Positions 12,966 to 24,096 of a DNA stretch of 32,000 nt are shown here, one piece after another. The position numbers and the translations under genes were made by a program. Location: sequence record OZ374479.1; one strand, 5' to 3'. The notes beneath the pieces are model-generated. The model was not told the DNA's origin. It saw only the letters and a list, made by a program, of their open reading frames with translations, and did no database searches. Within the stretch, counting starts at the first letter, position 1; the number at the start of each line of letters is the position of its first letter.

Positions 12966-15315
12966 AAATGAGAGAATTTAAAATAAGTCGTCCAGGTGTT
13001 GTACGAAGATAAAACGTATTTGAAGCAACACGATGAATCTGTGGCACAAGACCAAAAACAGGTTCAGTATCTGGACCATGTAACGTTTGCATAGTCAGAG
13101 ATGGAGTATATGCCAATATTGGTGTTGGCCAAGATTCTGTTACACCGGCATCGTAAATAAGAGTGTTATGTCCACTTGACTGTACACGTGCTTCCACTGG
13201 CATAGGTTGTTGCACATCTGCTGGTGCATCCGCTTTTACCCATACTAATTCATGTAACTTTAACGCACCTAAGGCATAGCGTTGTAACACACGATCAAAT
13301 GTTTGGAATACTTTAAAAGCTGGTTGTTCATGGACCAACTCTGCGGATGTATTTATACCAAGCGTTGCTGTAGGGCGACGTGTGGTTAAGTAATAAAAGC
13401 CCAGAATCATATCTTGACTTGGAACAATACTTGGCTCACCTGTTGCTGGTGAAAGCCAGTTATGGGTCGCTAACATAAGCAAACGTGCTTCAGCTTGTGC
13501 TTCTAATGATAATGGAATATGAACAGCCATTTGGTCACCATCAAAATCGGCATTAAATGCAGGACATACAAGCGGATGTAATTGAATTGCACGTCCTGAA
13601 AGAAGAATAGGTTCAAAAGCTTGGATTCCTAAACGGTGAAGGGTTGGGGCACGGTTTAATAAAAGTGGGTGTGCATATACAACGCGTTCAAGGATGTCCC
13701 ACACTTTCTCTGAACGTTGTTGAATCAGATTTTTTGCTGCACGAATATTGCGCACAACTGTATATTCTAGTAATGCTTGGATAATAAATGGGTGGAATAA
13801 TTCCAATGCCATTTCACGTGGTAATCCACATTGGTGTAGACGTAATTTTGGTCCAACAACAATCACGGAACGTCCTGAATAATCTACACGTTTTCCTAAT
13901 AAGTTTTGTCGGAAACGACCATGTTTTCCTTCAATAATTGCTGTTAAAGATTTAAAGACATTTTTATTTGGACGTTGCGCTGGTTTTGGAAGCCGACCAT
14001 TATCAATGATGGCATCAGCGGCTTCTTGTAATAAACATAGATCATGACGAATCAACAAATCTGGTAAAAACTCTGCATCAAACAAATTACAAAATTTGTC
14101 AAAGCGAATTTTACGGTAGATTAAACGACGATATAAATCATTCAAGTCGGATGCTGCGAAACGCCCACTCGACATTTGAATCATCGGACGTAAATCAGGT
14201 GGAAGCACCGGAAAAACAGACACAATCATCCATTCCGGACGCAATTGTTTACGTGCTAACAGACGTACATAATGAAGACGTTTAGCTAATTTTTTAATTT
14301 TTGCATTTAAACCACGATTACGTTGGCCTTGGCGTGTGACTTTCAATAATTTGCGTGCACACACCTTACCATGGTTTCCTCGCCCATACGTCTCATCCCA
14401 TTCATCAATATTCCAAACAGCAGTATCAAATTTACCTCCGACCTGTTTTGCACGCATTTTTGTATGATACTTGTGCACTTTTTGTCGCAAACGTGTACTG
14501 AGCATACGTTCCATAAAAGGTAAATCTAATTGACTTAATAACGCATGCATAGCTTCTGCGCCACAATTTTGTGTTGTACGAGGATTTAGTGGGAAATCAT
14601 ATTGGGTTTTTTTGTGGCCACCTTGTGCCCAAGCATCCATATTCCAGACAGCTTCAATATCAGATTCTTCCGTACAGTATTCAAAACCGTCATCTGTAAA
14701 TTCAACTAATGGTTTTTGTGGCACAGTACCAAATGTAGCATGTACAGCTTCCCATTCATCAATATACCATTCTGTTCCACCGTGTAAGAAATAGTTCATA
14801 ATACCTGGAGAAGCTGGGGTATAGGTATCAAAATGGAGTAACTCATCTGTTTGTCCAGCACTAATATTCATTAGAACAGACAAAATATTAGGTGTGTTAC
14901 GGAAATACCATAAATGTGCAACTGGTTTACGTAAACGAATACATCCCATACGGTAACGTCGAACTTTCGCATCTGTTGGCTCGACACCGCATGTTGGACA
15001 CACATACCCAATAGCATCATCCGATGCCGTAGCAATAGGTTTTGAGACATCTTCATCGAGTGTTGCTGGGGCATGCATTTGCATTGGTTTACGTCGACGT
15101 GTTTTCCCACAGGAACATTCATTGTTCACAATTGACCCAAAGATACGCTCACAAAAAAGACCATCTCGTTCGGGTTTAAAGGTACGGTAATTAATCGTAT
15201 CCGCTTTTGTAATTTCTCCAACAATTTGGTTATTTGGTAAAACCCGTTGTGACCACCGTTCAATTTCTTTCGGCGATGCCAATTGGATTTGAATATAATC
15301 AAGATCATGACTCAT
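12946..15315 (-). CDS. rpoC1: RNA polymerase beta' subunit (789 aa)
   Basis: MSHDLDYIQIQLASPKEIERWSQR..DGLFCERIFG..CSCG..CPTCG (Zn ribbon) ..NADFDGDQMAVH (catalytic motif). ATG at 15313-15315 verified. The track start at 15429 would overlap rpoB and adds non-conserved residues. Confidence 0.93.
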   Translation of the reverse strand: MSHDLDYIQIQLASPKEIERWSQRVLPNNQIVGEITKADTINYRTFKPERDGLFCERIFGSIVNNECSCGKTRRRKPMQMHAPATLDEDVSKPIATASDDAIGYVCPTCGVEPTDAKVRRYRMGCIRLRKPVAHLWYFRNTPNILSVLMNISAGQTDELLHFDTYTPASPGIMNYFLHGGTEWYIDEWEAVHATFGTVPQKPLVEFTDDGFEYCTEESDIEAVWNMDAWAQGGHKKTQYDFPLNPRTTQNCGAEAMHALLSQLDLPFMERMLSTRLRQKVHKYHTKMRAKQVGGKFDTAVWNIDEWDETYGRGNHGKVCARKLLKVTRQGQRNRGLNAKIKKLAKRLHYVRLLARKQLRPEWMIVSVFPVLPPDLRPMIQMSSGRFAASDLNDLYRRLIYRKIRFDKFCNLFDAEFLPDLLIRHDLCLLQEAADAIIDNGRLPKPAQRPNKNVFKSLTAIIEGKHGRFRQNLLGKRVDYSGRSVIVVGPKLRLHQCGLPREMALELFHPFIIQALLEYTVVRNIRAAKNLIQQRSEKVWDILERVVYAHPLLLNRAPTLHRLGIQAFEPILLSGRAIQLHPLVCPAFNADFDGDQMAVHIPLSLEAQAEARLLMLATHNWLSPATGEPSIVPSQDMILGFYYLTTRRPTATLGINTSAELVHEQPAFKVFQTFDRVLQRYALGALKLHELVWVKADAPADVQQPMPVEARVQSSGHNTLIYDAGVTESWPTPILAYTPSLTMQTLHGPDTEPVFGLVPQIHRVASNTFYLRTTPGRLILNSLIYENLFL

Positions 15316-15373
15316 AGTACTATTTTCCTTTAATATTAAGTGTTGTGCCCCTTCATATGCAGGGGTGACAGTC

Positions 15374-18300
15374 TTAAGCGCCAGGAATACGTGAAAGGCT
15401 AATATCGAGACATAAACCACGTAATTCACACACTAACACTTTAAATGATTCTGGGACACCTGGTTTTGGAAGTAAATTTCCACGGATAATGGACATAAAT
15501 GCTAAATTACGGCCACGCATATCATCAGATTTAATCGTGAGGAGTTCTTGTAATGTATACGCTGCACCAAATCCTTCCAGTGCCCATACTTCCATTTCAC
15601 CTAAACGTTGTCCACCATGTTTCGAACGACCACCTAATGGTTGTTGTGTTACTAATGAATAAGGACCAGTCGAACGCGCATGGATTTTATCATCAACTAA
15701 GTGTACTAATTTTAAAATATAGGGATAACCTACCGTTACAGGTTGATCAAATGGGTAACCTGTCCGACCATCAAAAAGAATACTCTTTCCAGGGGATTCG
15801 GGTCTGAATACCCATTTTTGACGCGTGGCACAACGGGCTTTATATAATTGCTGGTACACAAAACCACGTGATACTTCATCACCGTGCATCTCATCAAATG
15901 GTAAAACTTTGAAGTTTTGTTCTAATGTATGCGCAGCTAAACCAAGTAAACATTCAAAAATTTGTCCCACATTCATACGCGAAGGTACACCTAATGGATT
16001 TAATACCATATCAACGGGTACCCCATTTTGTAAGAAAGGCATATCTTGACGTGGGAGGATATTAGAAATAATTCCTTTATTTCCATGACGACCAGCAATT
16101 TTGTCACCAACTTGTACTTTACGCTTTTGAACTAAAAACACATATACAGCACCAACTGATTCAAAACATTCCACTTGTTCGTTGTAGATGTTCTTCTCAA
16201 ATAATGTTCGTGATTCTAATACACGCCCAGTTACACCACTTGGGACCACTAAAGGCGTATCTTTAACATCACGCGCTGCACCACCAAAAATGGCACGAAG
16301 TAAACGTCCCTCAGGAGTATTTTCAGATTCCTGCTGTGGAGAAATTTTCCCTACAAGAATGTCGCCCGGTTCAACCCAAGTACCCACATGTACAACACCA
16401 AAAGAATCTAAATGTACATTTTTATCTACTTTAGGCGTAATGTATTCTTGGCCTTCACGTGTACGTGACGTTGAAATATCATAGCGTTCAATATGAACGG
16501 ATGTAAAAAGATCATCAAAAACAAGACGTTCACTCACTAAAACTGCATCTTCAAAATTATATCCTTCCCATGGCATATACGCGACAAGGATATTTTTCCC
16601 TAAAGCCAACTCCCCACCAACTGTGGACGCAGTATCGGCTAAACATTCACCAGCATGTACCCATGTATGTGGAGTGACACTTGGACGCTGATGCATACAA
16701 GTATCTTGATTTGAACGTTGATACGTTGTGAGCCAAACCGTTTCGCGGTTAAACTTACTCACTTGCGAAAGCCCATTCACCTGTGTAGGTAACTGTGTTA
16801 ACACATCTACACGTTGCGCATCCGCATATAAAACATACCCACTACGTCGTAATCGGGCTACCGCACCAGAATCATGCGGCACACGCGCTTCTAGCCCAGT
16901 CCCTACAAATGCACGCTGAGGTGTGAGTAATGACACAGCCTGGCGTTGCATATTGGAACCCATTAGAGCACGGTTAGCATCATCATGTTCTAAAAATGGG
17001 ATTAAAGCAGTTGCAATTGACATAAATTGAATTGGACACAATCCAAGAAAATTAATGGTCTTTGGGGTTGTTTCAATAAATTCGCGGCGTGTTCGCGCAG
17101 GTACACGTGAAGCTGATAATTTTGTATCTGCGGCTGCAACAATGACATTATCTTCATACGATGCATTTAGTAAGAAGAAACCTTCTTCTTGGTGGGCATG
17201 TGTCGGTGTCATGATGGCATACGGACTTTGTAAAAATCCATCAGCATTCACACGGGCATACGTAGCAATGGACCCCACGAGTCCTGCATTTTTTCCTTCT
17301 GGCGTTTCAATTGGACAAATACGCCCATAATAACTGGGGTGAATTCCACGTACAATTAAACCTGCACGATCACGGTGTAACCCTCCTGGTCCTAAAGAAC
17401 TTAAACGACGTTTATGTGTAATTTCGGCTAAGGGGTTGGTTTGGTCCATAAACTGTGATAACTGACTGGAACCAAAGAATTCTTTAAATACTGATCCAAC
17501 AATTTGTGTACGAATTAACGAAGGTAACGCGACACGTAAACGTTTTTGTCTTAATAACGCTTCTTCACTAATACGATTATGAACACTACGTTCTAATCGA
17601 TTTAACCCAAGACGAAACTGTGTTTGAATTAATTCACCTGCTAAACGTGCACGACGGTTTTTTAAGTGATCAATATCATCTAAAAATTGACTTTCACCGT
17701 TATGTACACGAAGAAGATAATCAACACCAGCTAAAACGTCTTCAGGTGTTAATGTAAGATGTGATGTATTATGCTGCATTCGTAATTTACGATTTACACG
17801 CTTACGACCAACTTCACTTAAACTATAACGACGTGCATGAAAAAAATGATTAAAAAGGAATTTTTTAGCTTTGATCACGCTTCCAGCACGCTGTGGAAAC
17901 AGTAAGTCAGTCATCATAATCATGGCGTCTTCACATGATTGAGGCTTTAAAAGCATTTCGGTGAAAGCAAGTGATCCAGGATCACATACTGTCTTACAGA
18001 CACGGTCGAAATTAAAGCCGAGCGCCCATAAGAGTAACGTTACTGGTAATTTACGGAAATTATCAATACAAGCATAAATTTCCTCATTGGTTGGTCCGCC
18101 GGTCTCAAGTCGTAACCATGAACCATAAGATGATAAAAAACTTACTAAATGGGAACGTCGATTCTTTTGGTCAAATTGTGCTTTAATATAAACACCTGGG
18201 CAGCGAACAATTTGGTGTACAATAACACGTGGTGAACCATTAATAATGAATGTACCGTGTTCAGTCATTAATGGAAGGTCACAAAATGTAATAGGTAAAA

Positions 18301-18610
18301 TACAACTTAAATCTAAACTTTGTGAAAAAAGGTGTACAGGTACAACGAGCGAACTACTATATGTTTCCATTTTTTTAATGGATTGAGCAGGTGTCGATGT
18401 TGGAGGTTTTAAATAAAAATCATGTGCTAAAAATGACACAGAAATATAGCGATTCGTTGGTTGGCGAATACTTGTGCCTAAACGATTTCCAATAATTGGT
18501 GACACAAATTCAAGTTCGCGACGAATGCCCGTTTCCAAAAATAACCGGAAACTCTTCCGCTGTGCATCAAGAAAATCAGGTACCGCTACTTTTTGACGAA
18601 ACAAAATCAT
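15374..18610 (-). CDS. rpoB: RNA polymerase beta subunit (1078 aa)
   Basis: Conserved beta-subunit blocks are present along the whole length: ..SQLSQFMDQTNPLAEITHKRRLSSLGPGGL.., ..GRHGNKGIIS.., ..RSTGPYSLVTQQPLGGRSKHGGQRLGEMEVWALEGFGAAYTLQELLT... ATG verified. Confidence 0.96.
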   Translation of the reverse strand: MILFRQKVAVPDFLDAQRKSFRLFLETGIRRELEFVSPIIGNRLGTSIRQPTNRYISVSFLAHDFYLKPPTSTPAQSIKKMETYSSSLVVPVHLFSQSLDLSCILPITFCDLPLMTEHGTFIINGSPRVIVHQIVRCPGVYIKAQFDQKNRRSHLVSFLSSYGSWLRLETGGPTNEEIYACIDNFRKLPVTLLLWALGFNFDRVCKTVCDPGSLAFTEMLLKPQSCEDAMIMMTDLLFPQRAGSVIKAKKFLFNHFFHARRYSLSEVGRKRVNRKLRMQHNTSHLTLTPEDVLAGVDYLLRVHNGESQFLDDIDHLKNRRARLAGELIQTQFRLGLNRLERSVHNRISEEALLRQKRLRVALPSLIRTQIVGSVFKEFFGSSQLSQFMDQTNPLAEITHKRRLSSLGPGGLHRDRAGLIVRGIHPSYYGRICPIETPEGKNAGLVGSIATYARVNADGFLQSPYAIMTPTHAHQEEGFFLLNASYEDNVIVAAADTKLSASRVPARTRREFIETTPKTINFLGLCPIQFMSIATALIPFLEHDDANRALMGSNMQRQAVSLLTPQRAFVGTGLEARVPHDSGAVARLRRSGYVLYADAQRVDVLTQLPTQVNGLSQVSKFNRETVWLTTYQRSNQDTCMHQRPSVTPHTWVHAGECLADTASTVGGELALGKNILVAYMPWEGYNFEDAVLVSERLVFDDLFTSVHIERYDISTSRTREGQEYITPKVDKNVHLDSFGVVHVGTWVEPGDILVGKISPQQESENTPEGRLLRAIFGGAARDVKDTPLVVPSGVTGRVLESRTLFEKNIYNEQVECFESVGAVYVFLVQKRKVQVGDKIAGRHGNKGIISNILPRQDMPFLQNGVPVDMVLNPLGVPSRMNVGQIFECLLGLAAHTLEQNFKVLPFDEMHGDEVSRGFVYQQLYKARCATRQKWVFRPESPGKSILFDGRTGYPFDQPVTVGYPYILKLVHLVDDKIHARSTGPYSLVTQQPLGGRSKHGGQRLGEMEVWALEGFGAAYTLQELLTIKSDDMRGRNLAFMSIIRGNLLPKPGVPESFKVLVCELRGLCLDISLSRIPGA

Positions 18611-18962
18611 ACTTATACGGATAAATTAATTAATCAATAAAAAACAAACGAACTCTTTGTATAAACTTAACGTTTCAAGTGTGTGCCTTATAAGAAAAAA
18701 TAGCGCTAGAGAAGTACGCAAAAGAAATACAGCATGAGGAGTGTAGGAATACAAAAAGGTCACATAGATACTCCCTAAATTGCAAACTATTTATATCGTA
18801 ATACACCCGTGTATCTCTAATCTATCAAGTAGATACATTGGTACATTTAAAAAATAATGTTTACCTCAAAAACAAAAAAAGTCAGCACGAAACAAAAGTC
18901 GTATTGAAAAACAACATAAAATGTTGTAATGTATAGAGTATAAAAAAGGATTTTTATAACAC

Positions 18963-19033
18963 GGCGGTGTAGCCAAGTGGTAAGGCAGAGGACTGCAAAT
19001 CCTTTATCCCCCAGTTCGAATCTGGGCACCGCC
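18963..19033 (+). tRNA. trnC: tRNA-Cys (anticodon GCA)
   Basis: GGCGGTGTAGCCAAGTGGTAAGGCAGAGGACTGCAAATCCTTTATCCCCCAGTTCGAATCTGGGCACCGCC, with acceptor GGCGGTG/CACCGCC, anticodon loop CTGCAAA and T-loop TTCGAAT. Confidence 0.93.
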
Positions 19034-19393
19034 TTTTAAAATAGCTCTATTTCTCTTAAAAAAAGGATCGCTTATACAATAATGAATTAAGTCTTTGTTA
19101 CATGTTACGGAGGCCTACTACTGTTCAAAAAAACGTTTCTAAGTGCTGCTTCTTTTCAGCCCTGACACAATTCAAAACATTTTTCCAACAAGAGTAGGAC
19201 TACTCTATAGTATATTTTTTCTTGTGAAATAAAGCAAGGCTTTATTCAAGCAAGGAATAGGCGAAAACAAGCATTTTGTTACTTGTTCACGCCATCAACA
19301 AGCATGCAAGATTTTCCAAATAGAATATATCTTACAGAGGCTGCATTAACACAACAATAAAATGTCTACGGAGAAGAAAAGAAGTGTTATCAA

Positions 19394-20623
19394 TTATTCA
19401 ATAATTGAGGATACTACTCCTGCTCCAACAGTACGACCACCTTCACGGATGGCAAAACGCATTCCATTCTCAATGGCAATCGGTTGAATAAGCTCAACAA
19501 TCATTTTTACACGATCGCCTGGCATTACCATTGTTGCCTCATCACCATCATCACTAATGAATGATTCAATTTTACCAGTTACATCTGTTGTTCGTACATA
19601 GAACTGTGGACGGTATCCTGGGAAGAATGGTGTATGTCGTCCACCTTCTTCTTTTGTAAGTACGTATACTTGTGATTCAAACTTAGTGTGCGGTGTAATT
19701 GTTCCTGTTTTTGCAAGTACCATTCCACGCTCAATATCGTCTTTTTGGATTCCACGAAGAAGAACACCTACGTTGTCCCCAGCTACACTTTCATCAAGTG
19801 TTTTTTGGAACATTTCAAGTCCTGTTACAGTTACTTCACGTGTGTCTCCAAGACCTACGATTTCTACCACATCTCCAACAGTTACTGTTCCACGCTCTAC
19901 ACGTCCAGTTGCTACTGTTCCACGCCCAGTAATTGAGAATACATCTTCAATTGCCATAAGGAATGTTTTTGCTGTATCACGCTCAGGTGTTGGGATGTAT
20001 GAATCTACAGCTTCCATTAATGCGAAGATTTTATCTACCCATTTATTCTCACCAGCAGCAATTGCTGGTTTTTCTGTTAACGCTTCTAATGCAAGAAGTG
20101 CAGATCCAGGTACTACAGGGATATCATCCCCAGGGAATTCGTAGCTACTAAGTGTATCACGTACTTCGAGTTCTACAAGTTCAAGGAGTTCATCATCATC
20201 CACTTGGTCTTCCTTGTTAAGGAATACTACAATGTTTGGTACTCCAACCTGCTTCGCAAGAAGAATGTGCTCTTTCGTTTGTGGCATTGGCCCATCAGCT
20301 CCAGATACTACAAGAATGGCACCATCCATTTGTGCAGCACCCGTAATCATGTTTTTTACATAATCCGCGTGTCCTGGACAATCTACGTGTGCGTAGTGGC
20401 GCTCTGCTGTTTCGTACTCTACGTGTGCTGTGTTAATAGTAATTCCACGTGCTTTTTCTTCAGGTGCTGAATCAATATCACCCATACCTTTTGCTGCACC
20501 ACCAGTAAGTGCTGACATTGCCATAGTAATAGCTGCCGTAAGTGTTGTTTTTCCGTGGTCAACGTGACCAATTGTTCCAATGTTTACGTGTGGTTTTGTA
20601 CGTTCAAACTTTTCGCGTGCCAT
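19394..20623 (-). CDS. tufA: Translation elongation factor Tu
   Basis: 409-aa translation [31 protein letters not shown]...DCPGHADY...NKEDQV... is full-length EF-Tu with its G motifs. ATG verified. Confidence 0.98.
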   Translation of the reverse strand: MAREKFERTKPHVNIGTIGHVDHGKTTLTAAITMAMSALTGGAAKGMGDIDSAPEEKARGITINTAHVEYETAERHYAHVDCPGHADYVKNMITGAAQMDGAILVVSGADGPMPQTKEHILLAKQVGVPNIVVFLNKEDQVDDDELLELVELEVRDTLSSYEFPGDDIPVVPGSALLALEALTEKPAIAAGENKWVDKIFALMEAVDSYIPTPERDTAKTFLMAIEDVFSITGRGTVATGRVERGTVTVGDVVEIVGLGDTREVTVTGLEMFQKTLDESVAGDNVGVLLRGIQKDDIERGMVLAKTGTITPHTKFESQVYVLTKEEGGRHTPFFPGYRPQFYVRTTDVTGKIESFISDDGDEATMVMPGDRVKMIVELIQPIAIENGMRFAIREGGRTVGAGVVSSIIE

Positions 20624-20687
20624 ATTAAAAAATATAAATAAAAATCACTTTGATTTTGGCTAAGCCCTTATAAAGGGGTCCAATCGG

Positions 20688-21158
20688 TTAGAATCGGAAG
20701 TGTGCAAATGCCTTATTGGCTTCTGCCATACGGTGGGTATCTTCACGTTTACGGATAGCCCCACCAGTATTGTTGGCTGCATCCATAATTTCAGCAGCAA
20801 GTTTATTTACCATACTACGTCCAGAACGTGCACGTGCGGCAATAAGAAGCCAACGAAGTGCGAGTGCAGTCCCACGATCAGATTTTACTTCAAGTGGAAC
20901 TTGGAGTACTGCACCACCAATACGTCGAGATTTTACTTCAACTTTTGGTGTAATATTTAAAACAGCTTGGCGAAGCACTTCAAGTGGATCTTGCGAAGTT
21001 GTTTCAGAAATTTGTGTCATTGCTTCATAAAAAATACGGTAGGCAATACTCTTTTTTCCTTTTTTTAAGAGATGGCTTACTAAAAGACTTACTAAGCGAC
21101 TTTGATATACTGGATCCGGTGCAACCGGACGTTTTTTTGCAACTTTTCTACGAGACAT
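20688..21158 (-). CDS. rps7: Ribosomal protein S7 (156 aa)
   Basis: [47 protein letters not shown]... ATG at 21156-21158 verified. The track start at 21215 is an upstream extension. Confidence 0.93.
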   Translation of the reverse strand: MSRRKVAKKRPVAPDPVYQSRLVSLLVSHLLKKGKKSIAYRIFYEAMTQISETTSQDPLEVLRQAVLNITPKVEVKSRRIGGAVLQVPLEVKSDRGTALALRWLLIAARARSGRSMVNKLAAEIMDAANNTGGAIRKREDTHRMAEANKAFAHFRF

Positions 21159-21222
21159 AAGGTCAATTAAACGTTTGAATAATAAATGGAAAAACAATCC
21201 ACGGATGAAGCACAAGGTGTGC

Positions 21223-21597
21223 TTATCCTTTTGGACGTTTCACTCCATACTTGGAACGACCTTGTAAACGGCCTTTCACACCAGCTGTATCAAGAGAACC
21301 ACGAACGATGTGGTAACGTACACCTGGTAAATCTTTTACTCGACCACCACGGACTAAAACTACCGAGTGTTCTTGGAGATTGTGCCCAATACCTGGAATA
21401 TACGCTGTCACTTCAATCCCCGTTGTTAAACGGACACGAGCTACTTTACGTAAAGCGGAATTAGGCTTTTTAGGGGTTGTTGTATAAACACGTGTACAAA
21501 TTCCACGACGTTGTGGACAAGCCTGTAACGCCGGTGATTTTGTTTTCTTTTCGATTTTCATTCGCTGTGAGCGAATTAATTGTTGGATCGTTGGCAT
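21223..21597 (-). CDS. rps12: Ribosomal protein S12, uninterrupted (not trans-spliced)
   Basis: [57 protein letters not shown]... is a full-length 124-aa S12. ATG verified. Confidence 0.97.
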   Translation of the reverse strand: MPTIQQLIRSQRMKIEKKTKSPALQACPQRRGICTRVYTTTPKKPNSALRKVARVRLTTGIEVTAYIPGIGHNLQEHSVVLVRGGRVKDLPGVRYHIVRGSLDTAGVKGRLQGRSKYGVKRPKG

Positions 21598-21606
21598 AAC
21601 TAAAAA

Positions 21607-21819
21607 TTACTCTTTATAAAGAAATTGTAAGAATCCTAAAATACGGGCCTGTTTCACGGCTTTTGCAAGTTGACGCTGCTGCTTAGCAGTTACACCCGTT
21701 AAACGGCGTGGCAAAATTTTGCCTTGCTCCGTAATAAAACGGCGTAAAAGATCAACATTTTTGTAATTAATGATCTCGCCAGCGTGAATTGGAGACGTGC
21801 GTTGACGTGAGAAATTCAT
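21607..21819 (-). CDS. rps18: Ribosomal protein S18 (70 aa)
   Basis: [64 protein letters not shown] matches the S18 core (IDYKN..L..FI.E.GKI.PRR.TG...K.QR.L..AIK.AR.L). ATG at 21817-21819 verified. It ends 9 nt upstream of rps12. Confidence 0.88.
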   Translation of the reverse strand: MNFSRQRTSPIHAGEIINYKNVDLLRRFITEQGKILPRRLTGVTAKQQRQLAKAVKQARILGFLQFLYKE

Positions 21820-22182
21820 AAATAAAAAACTAAAATATAAACGATGGTGTTTTATTCGGCATCTGAATAACGGCATACATGCCAAAATACGGGCGTGTCA
21901 CAACATAGGTGTTCACACCAATATCATTCAAGATTATGTTGCACGAAAAAAGACATGCACAAAGAACGCTATGCCCGCAAATAGCGAACAAACAAACGTG
22001 TGCGGGGAACATCCTATAGATGGACTACTTAACAAGCAAAACTCTAATGCAAATTAAAGTTTTTTACTCAAATTGAAGCATATATGGGACGGAATTGCAA
22101 GAAGGATTCTCATACCATACAAGCCCGATATAATAACTCATACAAGCACGATAACGTATTCATGGTCGTGTATACACATACA

Positions 22183-22255
22183 TACCCCCAAGGGAATTCG
22201 AATCCCTGTTACTTCCGTGAAAGGGAAATGTCCTAGGCCTCTAGACGATGGGGGC
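22183..22255 (-). tRNA. trnE: tRNA-Glu (anticodon UUC)
   Basis: The reverse complement reads GCCCCCATCGTCTAGAGGCCTAGGACATTTCCCTTTCACGGAAGTAACAGGGATTCGAATTCCCTTGGGGGTA, with anticodon loop CTTTCAC and a G1-U72 wobble. Confidence 0.9.
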
Positions 22256-22380
22256 AATAAAAATTAATGATCTATACCATTAATTGTTCTCTAGTATAAA
22301 ACGGGGCCCTAGCGAATGTCAATCGATTTTTTTTTAATCCCGAAAAACATTTCCGGACCCGTTGCTTCTTATATAGTGGC

Positions 22381-22461
22381 TGCCTTAAAGAGGACTCGAA
22401 CCTCCACGCCTTGCGGCACTAGCTCCTAAGGCTAGTGTGTCTACCATTCCACCATTAAGGC
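22381..22461 (-). tRNA. trnL: tRNA-Leu (anticodon UAG), class II with a long variable arm
   Basis: The reverse complement reads GCCTTAATGGTGGAATGGTAGACACACTAGCCTTAGGAGCTAGTGCCGCAAGGCGTGGAGGTTCGAGTCCTCTTTAAGGCA, with anticodon stem CTAGC/GCTAG and loop CTTAGGA. Confidence 0.9.
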
Positions 22462-22584
22462 CTCAAACTATATGAAACAATTATTTACAGTATACCTGAA
22501 TATATTGGCGTGAGACAAGGTCTAAACCATATTTCGCTCACGTAGGCAAACACCCCACGTACCATGGGACGTGGTAATGAACAA

Positions 22585-23085
22585 TTAACGTCCAGTTGTT
22601 TGTAACCAGTTTTGTGCTTCACTATAATTTAATGGAGCTAAACGGATGGCCTCTTTCCAATACTCAGCTGCTTTTCCAAATAACGTTTCTGAATCGGGAA
22701 TATTTCCAGATTCAAGGGCTTGTTCCCCACGGTAATGGTAAATCACCGCAATATTATTCAATGCTTGAGGTAGTGCTGGATTTCGATCCAATGCTTGATA
22801 ATAATATTCTAATGCTTTGGTATGTTCACCGTTGCTTGTGTGGATTAAACCAATATTATAAAAAATATAACTACGGTCATATGGGTCCACTTCTAAACGC
22901 ATGGCTTGATAATAGTTTTGTAATGCTTCAGCATACTCACCTTCCGCTTGGGCTGACATGCCATCACGGTAGTAAATGAATGCTTCTTTCTCATTACGAG
23001 TGGTTGGAAGAACCTTTAGTAAAATATCAGCAATAACTGTAAAAGTTTTATCAATAAAGTTATCGTTTCGTTGGGAACGTGGCAT
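22585..23085 (-). CDS. ycf3: Photosystem I assembly protein Ycf3 (TPR), intronless (166 aa)
   Basis: [99 protein letters not shown]... matches Ycf3 throughout. ATG at 23083-23085 verified. Confidence 0.94.
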   Translation of the reverse strand: MPRSQRNDNFIDKTFTVIADILLKVLPTTRNEKEAFIYYRDGMSAQAEGEYAEALQNYYQAMRLEVDPYDRSYIFYNIGLIHTSNGEHTKALEYYYQALDRNPALPQALNNIAVIYHYRGEQALESGNIPDSETLFGKAAEYWKEAIRLAPLNYSEAQNWLQTTGR

Positions 23086-23315
23086 AAAATCGTAAAGGTC
23101 AGTGAATAACACCGAAATAGGTTTCAGTATGTATATATAGTATATAGAATCCGCATCGAAATATAACTTTGGCAATAAGGCTCATAGTAAATGCGTTCGC
23201 GCGCATTGCCAAAGCAAAAATCAATCCATACACCCGAGAAAAAACAATATCCATATGTCACATGAGTACACGTCACAAAAAATAGTTTTGATACTCGACA
23301 GGGATGCTGTTAAAC

Positions 23316-23339
23316 TAATACTACTATATAGTAGTATTA
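23316..23339. repeat. Perfect 24-bp palindrome TAATACTACTAT|ATAGTAGTATTA in the divergent ycf3/rps4 spacer
   Basis: Read directly. It lies 45 nt upstream of the rps4 ATG. An SD-like AGGAG sits at 23372-23376. Confidence 0.85.
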
Positions 23340-23384
23340 TACTACAGGAATAGAAAAATCATTAATAGAAACAGGAGATATAAC

Positions 23385-23981
23385 ATGGCTCGATATCGTG
23401 GACCCCGTGTAAAGATTGTACGCCGTCTTGGGGAACTCCCAGGTTTAACAACAAAGGTACCTAACCGTACCTATGGACCAGGACAACATGGTCTTACCGC
23501 AGCAACAAAGAAAATGACACAATACCGTGTTCGTTTACAAGAGAAACAAAAGCTTCGATACAACTACGGAATTACTGAAAAACAACTCCTTGCATACGTA
23601 CGCCGTGCACGACGTGCAAAAGGACCAACAGGAGAAGTATTACTTCAAATGTTAGAAATGCGTTTAGATAGTATTGTATTCCGACTTGGTTTTGCACCAA
23701 CAATCCGTGCAGCACGCCAATACGTATCGCATGGATTAATCACTGTGAATGGTCAACGTCTAAACATTCCAAGCTATAATTGTAATCCAGGTGAAACAAT
23801 TGCAAGTAGCTCGACACCTGTTGTTGAAAATTGCAAAACATTCGGTGGAACAATCCCATCACACCTAAGTGTTGATACAAATAAAACAACTGGTCAAGTA
23901 CAACGTGCCATTACTCGTTCACAAATTGCATTAACAGTAAATGAACTCCTTATTATTGAGTTCTATTCACGTAAAGGATAA
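23385..23981 (+). CDS. rps4: Ribosomal protein S4
   Basis: MARYRGPRVKIVRRLGELPGLTTK...QKLRYNYGITEKQLLAYV...LLQMLEMRLDSIVFRLGFAPTIRAARQYVSHGLITVNGQRLNIPSY..INELLIIEFYSRKG. ATG verified. Confidence 0.95.
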   Translation: MARYRGPRVKIVRRLGELPGLTTKVPNRTYGPGQHGLTAATKKMTQYRVRLQEKQKLRYNYGITEKQLLAYVRRARRAKGPTGEVLLQMLEMRLDSIVFRLGFAPTIRAARQYVSHGLITVNGQRLNIPSYNCNPGETIASSSTPVVENCKTFGGTIPSHLSVDTNKTTGQVQRAITRSQIALTVNELLIIEFYSRKG

Positions 23982-24096
23982 TTCTGTATCCTTTTTCTAT
24001 AAATATATAGCATCTGTATATTATGACGTGTATTTTGTAGAAACCTATTCTTTCGTGGTATAGTATACATGAATGTATGTCTTCATTTTATGTATG

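Noticed and set aside
19686-20144. Three overlapping plus-strand ORFs (152, 82 and 77 aa) antisense to tufA.
   Set aside because: They are shadow ORFs opposite a strongly codon-biased gene. The translations are low-complexity S/T/P-rich or L/F-rich.
21830-22267. ORFs 21830-22012 (minus) and 22073-22267 (plus) in the rps18-trnE spacer.
   Set aside because: The first overlaps the rps18 5' region and the second overlaps trnE. Neither resembles any known plastid protein.
22377-22381. trnL(UAG) is followed by GCCA, which looks like an encoded CCA tail.
   Set aside because: After the discriminator A the sequence is G-C-C-A, which is not CCA in register. Plastid tRNAs normally get CCA added post-transcriptionally, so this is probably coincidence.
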